Notes: generated by a model not told the origin, from the letters alone. A stretch of 62,744 nucleotides of DNA, filler included, from 5 parts of 5 records of this genome joined end to end with filler, not necessarily neighbours in it; one strand, 5' to 3'; positions 28,255 through 38,427 are shown, counted from the whole stretch's first letter. A program made the numbers and translations.

Positions 28255-28982
28255 TGGAGACGGAAAAGAGAACGGAAGTAATCGAAAATTATCTAAGTGG
28301 GAGGTTATCGGATGTCGAACGAATGGCATTTGAGAAGACACTTTCCGAAGATCCGCTTCTGCAGGAAGAAGTGAAAATTCAGCGCGGTTTAGGTCTTTTA
28401 CTCGAAGCACGTGCGAAAGATCTGGAACGCCAACGGATTCATCAACTGCATCGTGGTGCAACTACTTCTTTTCCGTGGAGAAAAGTTATCGCTGCTGTTT
28501 TCATCTTAGCGTTGATCTCTGTGCCGGCTTATCTCTGGTTACAAACGTCGAATTCTACCAATTCTGTTGAGTTAGCCGCAGAATACTTCGCTCCGTATCC
28601 TGATAGAATTACACAAATGAGTCAAGGCGATAATGGTGATTTAGAAATAGCAATGAAACAGTACAATGCTGGAAATTATGCCTTGGCAATACCTTATTTT
28701 GAACAAGTTTCAAGCGATTCTTTGCCGATAGTGACCATCTACCTTGCCGTTTGCTATGTCGAAAATAATCAACCCGAAAAATCAGTAGTACTGCTCCAAT
28801 CTACTCTTGATTCGGGAGTGGAAAGCGCGTATATTCCTACGATCAATTGGTACTTGATACTTGCGCAGTTGAAAAATGATGATGCTAAAAGTGCACAAAA
28901 ACTCCTAGAGCACTATGTGAAGTCAGGTTATTCCTACAACCGTGAAAAAGCCATTGTGCTGAAGGAAGCGCTCAATCCCTAA
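28251..28982 (+). CDS. Putative anti-sigma factor (cytoplasmic domain, TM, periplasmic TPR)
   Basis: IENYLSGRLS..ERMAFE anti-sigma-like N-terminus, single TM, YFAPYP, TPR helices; ATGA overlap with sigma. Confidence 0.75.
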   Translation: MMETEKRTEVIENYLSGRLSDVERMAFEKTLSEDPLLQEEVKIQRGLGLLLEARAKDLERQRIHQLHRGATTSFPWRKVIAAVFILALISVPAYLWLQTSNSTNSVELAAEYFAPYPDRITQMSQGDNGDLEIAMKQYNAGNYALAIPYFEQVSSDSLPIVTIYLAVCYVENNQPEKSVVLLQSTLDSGVESAYIPTINWYLILAQLKNDDAKSAQKLLEHYVKSGYSYNREKAIVLKEALNP

Positions 28983-29053
28983 AATTCTATCATCCTTACT
29001 CAAATGCGACCAAGTTCCTTCGTACTTAGTTGAAGCAAACAACGCTGAACGAC

Positions 29054-31336
29054 TCAATACAATTTCAATGTTTTTAAAGTTTCGAATGCATCCACATATT
29101 CAGTAAGCTTCGTCACCAACGCAAGTATTTCTTCCGATTTCGCCTTTGGAAATAGTTTATTGATCTGATCGAGTGACTGTCTAACTGCTTCTTCCGCTTC
29201 GGTTTTGTTTCCTTTCTCATAGTTTTCCGCCATCACTTTCATAGATTGATTGGCGATGGCAACTGCGAGAATTTTTTTGTGTTCTTTGTCGAGGCTCATG
29301 TCCAATTCACCTGTGGCGTCTGTCCATTCTGGATGAATTTTCTTCTCCATTCGAACTTCTTTTTTCGTGTCTGGATCGATGTAACTGAGGGTAACAACCA
29401 CTTTTTCATTGATAATTTCTCTCGTTGGATTAATTAAATCAAACTTTATCAGCGCCATTTCATTCAGTCCAGGGAAGAGATGAGGAATCGCAACGGTCAT
29501 CTTGCCAGAAGTCACTTTCTCTTGCGAATAACCGAACAATTGACGATACACAATTTGGTCATTGTATTTCACTTCGAGCATTGCCTTTTCTGCGATAGGA
29601 TAAAGAATGGATTGAAGCTCGTTCATGAATGCTGATTGAATATTGCTTCCAGTTCCTGCGAAATGCATTAATCCTCCACCCGCAGAGGCCAATTGCGACA
29701 ATAATTCCTGATTGTAGTCCGTGCCAACACCGACAGCCGACAGTTCAATTCCTTTACTTATGTTAGATTTCGCCATGGCGATGACTTCTAATGGTGGTCG
29801 AGAACCATAACCGTCTGTGAGTAGAATTACACGATCCACATAACCTTTTGAAGCGTTCTTCGCAACCTCCTTGAACCCAAGTTCCAAGCCATCGTAAATA
29901 ACCGTTCCACCACCAGCTTCTATGGCGTAAATGATATCAATGACCTTCTTTTTATCTCCAATTGGAGCTGCAGGAACCGCAACGGTACTTTGATCGTCGA
30001 ATACAATCACAGAAACGATGTCATTTTCTTCTAATTGTTGAACAAAAAGAATCATCGCTTTTTTCAATTCATCTATTCGATCTTCGCCCATCATGGAACC
30101 GCTTTTATCCACCACAAAACAGATGTTCAGCGGAGTTGGATTTTTCCTTCCGAGTTTAGATTTAACTTTCAAGCCAATTTCGAGCAAGGCTTCTTTAGAT
30201 TGACTATTGAATTTATTTCCCCAGTTCAAATAGAAATCAATATTGCCATTCACAGGCTCCGGATATTGCTTATCTACAAAATTTTGAACGTCGTAAGCGA
30301 CGAGGTCTTTTACTTTTGGAATAAAGTTCTCGATGTTTTGTAAGCGGGGATCAGGAGTATACAAAACAGAAATCGTTTGTTCCGCGATTCCTTTTACCTG
30401 AGAAAGATCTATTTGACTCGCATCGCGTTGGTAAGTAAAATCGATGAAATACTTTTGTTTGATAGGAAGCATGAGTATCGCTTCACCTTGATCGTTCGTT
30501 TTCACTTTATACACGTCGTTCGATTTCAGCATGCGAACGTAAACGTCTTCATTAATTCCGCCATTTTCTCCACCCCGCACTTTTAGTTTTATTTTCGCGT
30601 GCGAAGAACTAGGCTTGATATCTTTCGTGGCATTTTGAACAATAAATTTATCCTCTTTTTTCTCCTTGAAATCGCGCGGTTGATACAACATGCTCATCGT
30701 TGTATTCATCGGAAGGGGAGAAAGCGCAAGTCTTCGGATAGATTCTACGCCATCAATGTCTATTTCGTATTCTAATCCAACGGGAATTTTAAACATTGCC
30801 GCCCCACTGTTGTTGGTGCGAGAAGTATAAATTGTTTTTGTCGCAAAATTACAGAGTTTGACTTCTACGCCTGGATATACTTTTTTCGATCGATCTTGTA
30901 AAACAATGTTGAGGATCGTCTCCTTCGCCGTTGGTTCTTCCATCGGGCTAATTCTATCCTGAGCTACTTCGAGAAAATCGATGGTTCTACGATCGGGGAC
31001 AGATTTATTTTGCAACGCATAATTTTCAGGGTCATACGTAAAAACATCATTCGCCGAACCTCTTCGCGTCCCTTCAATTTTTATACAATTTCGCATGTCT
31101 CCAATAGATCCAACCCAACTTCCGTAGGTGAAAGTGTGCGTTAATTTCCCTTGATTATCCGTTTTAAGCGGTAAATGCTCGTAAGAAGTAGTTTCAATGA
31201 ATACTACGTCCCGATTCACGTCAGGAGTTCCCTTGGTTGTTTTTACAGCAAGGGAGTATAGAAATTCGCGATCTTGAGCATACGAGAAACCAGAAATAAT
31301 AAAACAGAGGAAAAGAGTAGAGAGTAATGCTTTCAT
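29054..31336 (-). CDS. Secreted VWA-domain protein (YfbK-like)
   Basis: Signal peptide; prealbumin-like repeats; MIDAS VVDKSGSM, GGGT, LLTDG. Confidence 0.8.
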   Translation of the reverse strand: MKALLSTLFLCFIISGFSYAQDREFLYSLAVKTTKGTPDVNRDVVFIETTSYEHLPLKTDNQGKLTHTFTYGSWVGSIGDMRNCIKIEGTRRGSANDVFTYDPENYALQNKSVPDRRTIDFLEVAQDRISPMEEPTAKETILNIVLQDRSKKVYPGVEVKLCNFATKTIYTSRTNNSGAAMFKIPVGLEYEIDIDGVESIRRLALSPLPMNTTMSMLYQPRDFKEKKEDKFIVQNATKDIKPSSSHAKIKLKVRGGENGGINEDVYVRMLKSNDVYKVKTNDQGEAILMLPIKQKYFIDFTYQRDASQIDLSQVKGIAEQTISVLYTPDPRLQNIENFIPKVKDLVAYDVQNFVDKQYPEPVNGNIDFYLNWGNKFNSQSKEALLEIGLKVKSKLGRKNPTPLNICFVVDKSGSMMGEDRIDELKKAMILFVQQLEENDIVSVIVFDDQSTVAVPAAPIGDKKKVIDIIYAIEAGGGTVIYDGLELGFKEVAKNASKGYVDRVILLTDGYGSRPPLEVIAMAKSNISKGIELSAVGVGTDYNQELLSQLASAGGGLMHFAGTGSNIQSAFMNELQSILYPIAEKAMLEVKYNDQIVYRQLFGYSQEKVTSGKMTVAIPHLFPGLNEMALIKFDLINPTREIINEKVVVTLSYIDPDTKKEVRMEKKIHPEWTDATGELDMSLDKEHKKILAVAIANQSMKVMAENYEKGNKTEAEEAVRQSLDQINKLFPKAKSEEILALVTKLTEYVDAFETLKTLKLY

Positions 31337-31390
31337 AGAAGAGAATTAAGGTCTGTACCGAATATAAGTAATTCGACGATAAATCGTTAC

Positions 31391-31427
31391 AAAAAAATCC
31401 CGCTACGAAAATTTCGCAGCAGGATTT
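31391..31427 (-). terminator. Terminator after sppA
   Basis: Hairpin followed by T7 on the minus strand. Confidence 0.65.
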
Positions 31428-31453
31428 CTGATTGATTTATTTAAACTGAAAGT

Positions 31454-33247
31454 CTAGTTGATTGATACCTCGTAAGGCAAGCGCATTTGAATTCCTGTCA
31501 ATGATTCAATGTGCTTCAATCGCTCGTAGTATTTAACTAATTCCTCTGGAAGTGCAGGAGAAGAAGATTTTACAGAAACATTTTCTTGCTCTTCTAATTG
31601 CTCGAAGAATTCTCCAAGCTTATCTTCTTTCACGAAAGGATAATAAACCACTTTTGGCTTCTTGATTCCTGCTTTTTCCGCTGCGAAAGCGATCGCATCT
31701 TTTAATCCTCCGAGTTCATCTACCAAGCCGATTTTTTTCGCATCTGCACCTGTCCAAACTCGACCACGTGCAATCACGTTTACTTCTTCTTTCGACATTC
31801 CTCTTCCTTCGGCTACAACGCCTTTAAATTGATCGTATATTTCGTCAACGCTTTTTTGGATCATCAACAATTCTTCAGGAGTTAATCGACGGTTTGTTGT
31901 TAGAATTGAATGCTTATTTGTCTGAGCACGATCGAAGGTGATTCCCAATTTGTTTTCGAGCATTTTTCCTGTGTAGGGAATTACTCCGAAAACTCCGATT
32001 GAACCAGTGATAGTTGTTGGCTCCGCAAATATTGTACTTGCAGGTGCAGCGATGTAGTATCCACCTGAAGCTGCTACATCTCCCATAGAAACGACAACTT
32101 TTTTCACAGCGTTGGTGAGTTTTACTTCTCTCCAAATCTCGTCACTCGCAAGTGCGCTTCCACCTGGGCTGTTAATTCTGAATACTACTGTTTTCACAGA
32201 AGGATTGTTTCTCGCCTTTCTGAACAATTCACAAATGTCATCCGAAGTAAGTCCATCTCCTGATTTGGAAACACCACCTTCTGCCAAAATAACGGCAATG
32301 TTCGGTTGATCCGCTTGCGTTAAAACTTGTGCTTGATAGAATTTCTTTTTTGCGTATTTCTCGAAATCATAAAACTGAACATCCTCCGATTTTTTCACGT
32401 TGACTTTACCAGCAATAATCTTTACCACTTCATCACGGTATTTCGCAGCATCAATCAATTTTGATTTCACGGCATCTTTAACACTAATGATTTCAGCATT
32501 TTCAGCAAGTTGATCTAATTTTTGAGGTGTTAATTTTCGATCCTTAGCGATGTCATTTCTCATTTCCTCCCAAAGTGAAGAAAGGTAGCGTTCAATTTGA
32601 ACACGAGAAGAATCACTCATTTCCGTTCTGAAAAATGGTTCTACCGCACTCTTGAAATCGTTGTCTGATCCACGAATAACTTGCATTTCAACATCCAATT
32701 TATCCAATGTGTTTTTGAAGAAACTCAATTCAGCTCCCAATCCTAAAAATTCCATATTCGAAGAAGGAAAACCGTAATTCTCATTCGCCGCAGATGATAC
32801 ATAGTATTCTTTAAGTGAAATTGCTTCGCCTGAATTGTAGGCAATGACGAATTTCCCAGAAGATTCAAAATCATTGATTGCTTTTCTAATTTCTCGGGCT
32901 GTGGCAACACCGCATTGAAGCTGATCAATTTCAATGAAAATACCTTTTACTTTTTTATCTGTCTTTGCATTCTCTAGTCCATAAAGGATATCAGCAAGAC
33001 CAATCTTCTTATCAATATCAAAGCTCATCGGATTAAATTTGCTTTGGCCACGCTCAGCGATCATTCCTTTCAACTGCATGTGAAGCACAGACTTCTCTTT
33101 GATTTGACCAGAATCGGTATTGTTAAAGCTACTTACGAAGCTTCCGATTACCACCAGCCAAATGATTATTCCAACAACCGATACCGTTAAGGCAGCCCAG
33201 AGGCTCGGCCAAAATATTCTTCCAAATGTTACTTTTCTTTCTGACAT
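31454..33247 (-). CDS. sppA: Signal peptide peptidase SppA (protease IV)
   Basis: FKSAVEPF, RINSPGGSA, SMGDVAASGGY, TITGSIGV, RGRVWTG. Confidence 0.93.
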   Translation of the reverse strand: MSERKVTFGRIFWPSLWAALTVSVVGIIIWLVVIGSFVSSFNNTDSGQIKEKSVLHMQLKGMIAERGQSKFNPMSFDIDKKIGLADILYGLENAKTDKKVKGIFIEIDQLQCGVATAREIRKAINDFESSGKFVIAYNSGEAISLKEYYVSSAANENYGFPSSNMEFLGLGAELSFFKNTLDKLDVEMQVIRGSDNDFKSAVEPFFRTEMSDSSRVQIERYLSSLWEEMRNDIAKDRKLTPQKLDQLAENAEIISVKDAVKSKLIDAAKYRDEVVKIIAGKVNVKKSEDVQFYDFEKYAKKKFYQAQVLTQADQPNIAVILAEGGVSKSGDGLTSDDICELFRKARNNPSVKTVVFRINSPGGSALASDEIWREVKLTNAVKKVVVSMGDVAASGGYYIAAPASTIFAEPTTITGSIGVFGVIPYTGKMLENKLGITFDRAQTNKHSILTTNRRLTPEELLMIQKSVDEIYDQFKGVVAEGRGMSKEEVNVIARGRVWTGADAKKIGLVDELGGLKDAIAFAAEKAGIKKPKVVYYPFVKEDKLGEFFEQLEEQENVSVKSSSPALPEELVKYYERLKHIESLTGIQMRLPYEVSIN

Positions 33248-33434
33248 GTATATTTTTTTTTGCAAGGTTCTATGCGTAAAGTTAACAAGAGAAGAGATCA
33301 AAAAAATAGCGAAATAGTATAGGTGGCTTGATTGGCTACTTAACGGGACTAATTCACTTGATGAACGAAATTAGGTAGGCGAGTTAACCCGAAAACTGGA
33401 AAAAAGTCACTAAATTGCGTAGAACTATAGAACT

Positions 33435-35816
33435 ATGAAAATGAAAACTACACTCTCGCTTTTAGCGTTTGTTTCGTTGGCTGGACTCTCCTTTGGTCAA
33501 TTGAAATACTCCAAAGTAAAAATCTATGCAGATGCAGATGGATTGCAGCATTTAGCCGAATTAGGCGTTGCAGTTGATCACGGAATCTCTAAGAAAAACA
33601 CCTTTTTTATTAGTGATTTCTCTTCGGATGAAATTGCAACAATGTCGTCCAACGGCTATTCCTTTGAAATTTTAATTGATGATGTAAAGGCATATTATGC
33701 TGAGCATTCGAAAGATGCGCCAGCAAAAAATGTCAACTGCTCTCAAGCGACGAGTGGTGGATTCAATCCTACCGTTCCAGCGGGACACTTTGAGAATAGC
33801 TCTTACGCTGGATTTTATCGTTATCAGGATATGCTTGATGCGCTAGATGATATGGCAGCTCAGTATCCGAACCTTATTTCAGCAAGAGCACCGATTGGTC
33901 CAAATGGAAACACGTTTTTAACTAATGAAAACAGACCTATTTACTACGTAAAGATTTCTGACAATCCTTCAACGGCCGAGACAGAACCAAAAGTATTGTA
34001 TACGGCTGTTCATCACGCACGTGAGCCTCTATCAATGAGCCAAACGATTTTCTACATGTGGTATTTGTTAGAAAACTATTCTACAAGTGATGAGGTGAAA
34101 TTTTTGGTCGATAACACAGAAATGTTCTTCGTGCCATGTATTAATCCTGATGGATATTTAGAAAACGAAGCAAATGATCCGAATGGTTTCGGAATGCACA
34201 GAAAGAATAAGCGTAATGTCGGCACAACGAATCCAGGTGTTGATTTAAACAGAAATTACTCTTACGGATGGAATACAACTGGGGTTAGTGGTAATGTAAA
34301 TAATGATACATATCCTGGAACTTCTGCTTTCTCTGAGCCAGAGACACAAGCGATGAAATGGATGTATGAGACTTATGGATTCAAATTAGCATCGAACTCA
34401 CATACTTATGGAGATTTGTTGCTTCATCCAATTGGAACGACAGTTGGCGAATTTGCAGATCATCACGATTACTTTCAAGATTTTACCGCACACATGGCAA
34501 TGTATAACAATTATGTGTATCAAAAGAGCTCTGGGCTTTACGCAGCATCTGGAGATTCTGATGATTATGCCTACAAAGTAGATATTGGCGTTGGAATTAA
34601 AGACACTGTCTTCGCCATTACACCTGAAGTAGGTGATGCATTTTGGCCAGCACAAGGATTAATTGTTCCAACATGTCTAGAAATGGTTCACCCAAACTTG
34701 GTATTGTCGCATTTGGCACATAAATATCTCATAATTAAAGATACTGATCCTTCTTCGGTTTCTTCAATGACAGGAAATTTCAATCATGAAGCACATCGTC
34801 TAGGTTTACAATCTGGGGCGATTACTGTTTCTTGCGAACCATTAACGGGAATTCAATCTGTTGGGACATCAATTTCTTACGATCTTGGAATTAGCCAAAC
34901 AACAAACGGATCGTTTTCTTACGTACTTGATCCAGCAATTCAGTTTGGGGATGAAATCAAATACGTTCTAAACACAGAATATGGTGCATGGACACACAGA
35001 GATACAATAACAAAAACATTTGGATTATTGACCTTGCAAGCATCAGATGATGCCGAATCAGGAACGTCTAACTGGTCAGGAAACTGGGGGATTACTGGTT
35101 CTGAGTTTTACTCACCATCCAAAAGTTTTGCAGATAGTCCTTCTGGAAATTACTCAAACAACACAACTAAAACTTATGAGTATAACCAAGCGATCGATTT
35201 AACAGCGGCTACTGGAGCTCAAATTACCTACTACGCGAAGTGGAATATTGAGCCAGATTACGATTATTGTCAATTTCAAGTGTCTACAAATGGAGGTACT
35301 TCTTGGATTGGTCAATGTGGCAACTATACTGTTCTTGGAAATGGTAGTGTAGGCGGTGTTCAACCAGATGGAGAGCCTGTATATGAATCAGTACAGAACA
35401 ATTGGGTTCTAGAGCAAATTAATTTGAGCGATTATCTTGGACAGTCAATTAAAGTGAGATTTATTCTTGAGTCGGATGGTGGATTAACAGAAAATGGATT
35501 CTTCTTTGACGACTTCAAAATTAGTTACGATGCTCAAGATACGTCTTCGAATAGCATTGATGAATATTCATTTGATGTGAAAACAATTCCAAACCCAGCA
35601 AACGGACAAGCAATAGTTAGCTTTTCAAAAGTTGTTTCGAATGGCGCGCTTAAAGTATATAATCAAGCTGGACAGCTAGTCGTTTTCCAAGAAATCACGG
35701 AACAAACGAATATGTTAACGGTGAATACATCTAAACTTCCAGAAGGAATGTATTTAGTGTATATTGAAGAACTTGGTGCAGCGGTAAAACCAGTAAAATT
35801 GGTGGTGATTCACTAA
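33435..35816 (+). CDS. M14 zinc carboxypeptidase (carboxypeptidase T-like) with T9SS C-terminal domain
   Basis: HHARE, NPDG, RKN, GVDLNRNY, FSEPET, SHTY; CTD IPNPA...GMYLV. Confidence 0.88.
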   Translation: MKMKTTLSLLAFVSLAGLSFGQLKYSKVKIYADADGLQHLAELGVAVDHGISKKNTFFISDFSSDEIATMSSNGYSFEILIDDVKAYYAEHSKDAPAKNVNCSQATSGGFNPTVPAGHFENSSYAGFYRYQDMLDALDDMAAQYPNLISARAPIGPNGNTFLTNENRPIYYVKISDNPSTAETEPKVLYTAVHHAREPLSMSQTIFYMWYLLENYSTSDEVKFLVDNTEMFFVPCINPDGYLENEANDPNGFGMHRKNKRNVGTTNPGVDLNRNYSYGWNTTGVSGNVNNDTYPGTSAFSEPETQAMKWMYETYGFKLASNSHTYGDLLLHPIGTTVGEFADHHDYFQDFTAHMAMYNNYVYQKSSGLYAASGDSDDYAYKVDIGVGIKDTVFAITPEVGDAFWPAQGLIVPTCLEMVHPNLVLSHLAHKYLIIKDTDPSSVSSMTGNFNHEAHRLGLQSGAITVSCEPLTGIQSVGTSISYDLGISQTTNGSFSYVLDPAIQFGDEIKYVLNTEYGAWTHRDTITKTFGLLTLQASDDAESGTSNWSGNWGITGSEFYSPSKSFADSPSGNYSNNTTKTYEYNQAIDLTAATGAQITYYAKWNIEPDYDYCQFQVSTNGGTSWIGQCGNYTVLGNGSVGGVQPDGEPVYESVQNNWVLEQINLSDYLGQSIKVRFILESDGGLTENGFFFDDFKISYDAQDTSSNSIDEYSFDVKTIPNPANGQAIVSFSKVVSNGALKVYNQAGQLVVFQEITEQTNMLTVNTSKLPEGMYLVYIEELGAAVKPVKLVVIH

Positions 35817-35836
35817 AATCAATATTTTTAGAATTG

Positions 35837-35870
35837 AAATCCTCTCTTGGCAACAGGAGGGGATTTTTTT
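35837..35870 (+). terminator. Rho-independent terminator
   Basis: AAATCCTCTCTTG-gcaa-CAGGAGGGGATTTTTTT. Confidence 0.75.
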
Positions 35871-36113
35871 GTGGGCTTCGGCTCCGCTAAGCCCACTTTA
35901 GAGAACTTCAGTCACGATTGGTTTTGTTTTACAGGGAAATAATGGGTGGGCTTCGACTTCGCTCAGCCCACTTTTTAGAACTTCAGCCCACTTTCGAGAG
36001 TCTCAGCACGCAGTTAGCTTTGGTTGAAAAGAAAAGAATTTGAAGTGGGCTGAGCGGAGTCGAAGCCCACGTAATATGAATTAACGAAAACGGCAGCTGA
36101 GCGAAGTCGAAGC
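35871..36113. repeat. Cluster of REP-like imperfect palindromes
   Basis: GTGGGCTTCG(G/A)CT(C/T)CGCT(A/C)AGCCCAC at 35871-35896 and 35946-35971; inverted copy at 36045-36070; core copy at 36096-36113. Confidence 0.8.
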
Positions 36114-36703
36114 TAGCCGTGCATCGTTTCAGACTTCCCGTATTTCTCCATCAAGGTCGCTTCGAATGCCAGAAATGCTTCCCAACGAGCGTTTACATCT
36201 ATTTTACCGCCATATTTTCTAGCCAAACCTAGAAATGTAGTATAATGACGAGCTTCGCTTTCCATTAAACTCCAATAAAATTCTTTTAGGTCTGGGTCGG
36301 TCATTTCTTCAGAGAGAATCTTAAAACGCTCGCAACTTCTCGCTTCTACCATGGCAGAAAAGAGCATTTTGTTCACAAAGCGACTCACATGCGAATCTCC
36401 ACCGTAATTTACATTGAGGTGTTTGATCAAATCACCCACATACGGATCAGCTCTTTCTTCCCCAAGCTCAAAACCGCGTTCTACAATTTTTGCATGAACC
36501 ATCCCAAAATGTTCCATTTCTTCCACTGCAATTTCAGTCATTGCTTGCACAACTTCCGGATGTTCAGGGAATTTTACAATCGTTGAAATAGCATTGCTCG
36601 CGGCTTTTTGTTCACAGTAGGCATGATCTGTTAGAATTTCAGAAACATTTTTTTCTACAATATTCACCCATCTTGGGTCGGTAGGAAGTTTTAATCCGAG
36701 CAT
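36113..36703 (-). CDS. miaE: tRNA-(ms2io6A) hydroxylase MiaE family
   Basis: DHAYCEQKAA, EEMEHF, EARSCERF, SEARHY diiron motifs. Confidence 0.9.
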   Translation of the reverse strand: MLGLKLPTDPRWVNIVEKNVSEILTDHAYCEQKAASNAISTIVKFPEHPEVVQAMTEIAVEEMEHFGMVHAKIVERGFELGEERADPYVGDLIKHLNVNYGGDSHVSRFVNKMLFSAMVEARSCERFKILSEEMTDPDLKEFYWSLMESEARHYTTFLGLARKYGGKIDVNARWEAFLAFEATLMEKYGKSETMHG

Positions 36704-36789
36704 AATCGACTATTTCATGTAAAGTTAATGCATGGATCGCTTTACAAGGAAGGATTATTTAATAATTTTAAGGAATCTAAATTGAATCA

Positions 36790-38427
36790 ATGAAACAACT
36801 CAGCATTCTTACTCTCATATTCCTCAGTTTTACTGGAAAGGCTCAACAACTTGAATCTCCTAAATTGGTGGTCGGAATTGTTGTAGATCAAATGTGCTAC
36901 GAATATTTGTATCGCTACCATGATAAATTTTGCGAAGGCGGTTTCCGTAAATTAATGACGGAAGGAACGAATTGCAGAAATACGGCATACAACTACATTC
37001 CGACTTATACTGGACCTGGGCATGCCTCTATTTATACAGGAACAACTCCGAACAATCACGGAATTGTTGCCAACGATTGGTTTGATCGAGAGTCTAATGC
37101 TGAGGTGAATTGCGTCGAAGATACAACGGTGAAAACAGTAGGTTCTGCATCTACTTATGGTGTGTTTTCTCCAAATCGACTAAAAGCTAATACAATTACC
37201 GATCAGCTAAAGTTAACGTATCCTGAAGCAAAGGTGATTTCAATGTCAATTAAAAACCGTGGGGCGATTCTGCCTGGCGGTCACCTGAGCGATGGTTCTT
37301 ATTGGTATGATTACAAAACGGGGGATTTTATTACGAGTACCTTCTATGAGAATACTTTGCCGGCATGGGTAAACGATTTCAATCAAAAGGATTACGTAGA
37401 AAAAATCTTAGAAGGAGAGTGGAATACAATTATGGACATAGGCCTCTATGCAGAGAGCGACATTGATAATAGTCCTTACGAACATTTACTTCCAGGGAAA
37501 GAAACCCCGACTTTTCCCTACAATTTGAAGGAAATGACCAAAGATTCGTTGAACTATGGTTTGTTTACGTACACACCTTTCGCGAATACATATTTGACGG
37601 ATTTTGCACTTGCATCCATTGACCCAAATGCTCTCGGGGAGGATGATCAAACGGATATGCTTTGTATCAGTTATTCAACACCGGATATTATTGGTCACGC
37701 GTTTGGACCTTACTCAATTGAAATTGAAGACACATACTTGCGCCTTGACTTGGAGATTAAAAAGTTAATTAAGCAACTAGAAGCGAAAGTAGGAAAGGAT
37801 GAGTTTGTTATCTTTTTGACAGCCGATCACGCGGTTGTTCCTGTTCCACAGTACTTAATCGATAAAAAGTTACCTGGAGGATATTTCTTTTTAGAGGAAC
37901 ATTTGGCGCAATTGAAAACAGATTTAACAAGCGAGTACGGAAAGGATTTACTGTTGTATGAAGACAATTTGAATATTTATTTAAATCATGACAGAATTGA
38001 TTCACTTGGGGTGAATTTATCGGAGGTTCAAACGTTCGTTTCTAGAAAAATTCAACACTGGAAAGGTGTAAAACGCTCATTCACTGCGGATCAATTATAT
38101 GAAACGGGATTTGATGACGAGTGGAGAGATATGGTAACAAAAGGATTCCATCATGAAGAAAGTGGTGACGTATTGTTCATTCTCGAAGCGGGTTACTTAC
38201 CGAAATCGGCTGATTCTGAATTGGCGCGTAAAGGAACAAGTCATGGTTCTGCGTTCAGTTATGATACGCACGTTCCATTGCTTTGGTACGGTAAAGGAAT
38301 TCCATCGAAAGAAGTAATTCGTCCAATAAACATTACGGATATCACGGCTACGTTAACGCACATGCTTTATTTGCAACGACCAAATATGTCAACGGGGAAA
38401 CCTATTTTGGAAGTTCTTCAGAAATAG
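36790..38427 (+). CDS. pafA: Alkaline phosphatase PafA family
   Basis: VVGIVVDQM, PTYTGPGHASIYTG, DIIGHAFGP, TADH, SHGS. Confidence 0.88.
   Translation: MKQLSILTLIFLSFTGKAQQLESPKLVVGIVVDQMCYEYLYRYHDKFCEGGFRKLMTEGTNCRNTAYNYIPTYTGPGHASIYTGTTPNNHGIVANDWFDRESNAEVNCVEDTTVKTVGSASTYGVFSPNRLKANTITDQLKLTYPEAKVISMSIKNRGAILPGGHLSDGSYWYDYKTGDFITSTFYENTLPAWVNDFNQKDYVEKILEGEWNTIMDIGLYAESDIDNSPYEHLLPGKETPTFPYNLKEMTKDSLNYGLFTYTPFANTYLTDFALASIDPNALGEDDQTDMLCISYSTPDIIGHAFGPYSIEIEDTYLRLDLEIKKLIKQLEAKVGKDEFVIFLTADHAVVPVPQYLIDKKLPGGYFFLEEHLAQLKTDLTSEYGKDLLLYEDNLNIYLNHDRIDSLGVNLSEVQTFVSRKIQHWKGVKRSFTADQLYETGFDDEWRDMVTKGFHHEESGDVLFILEAGYLPKSADSELARKGTSHGSAFSYDTHVPLLWYGKGIPSKEVIRPINITDITATLTHMLYLQRPNMSTGKPILEVLQK

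Noticed and set aside
35871-36113. Possible CRISPR array
   Set aside because: Copies occur in both orientations with irregular spacing and there are no cas genes; REP-like instead.
38402-38427. Convergent 3' overlaps (pafA/tilS; also 11203-11243 and 4988-4991)
   Set aside because: Short tail-to-tail overlaps are common in compact genomes.
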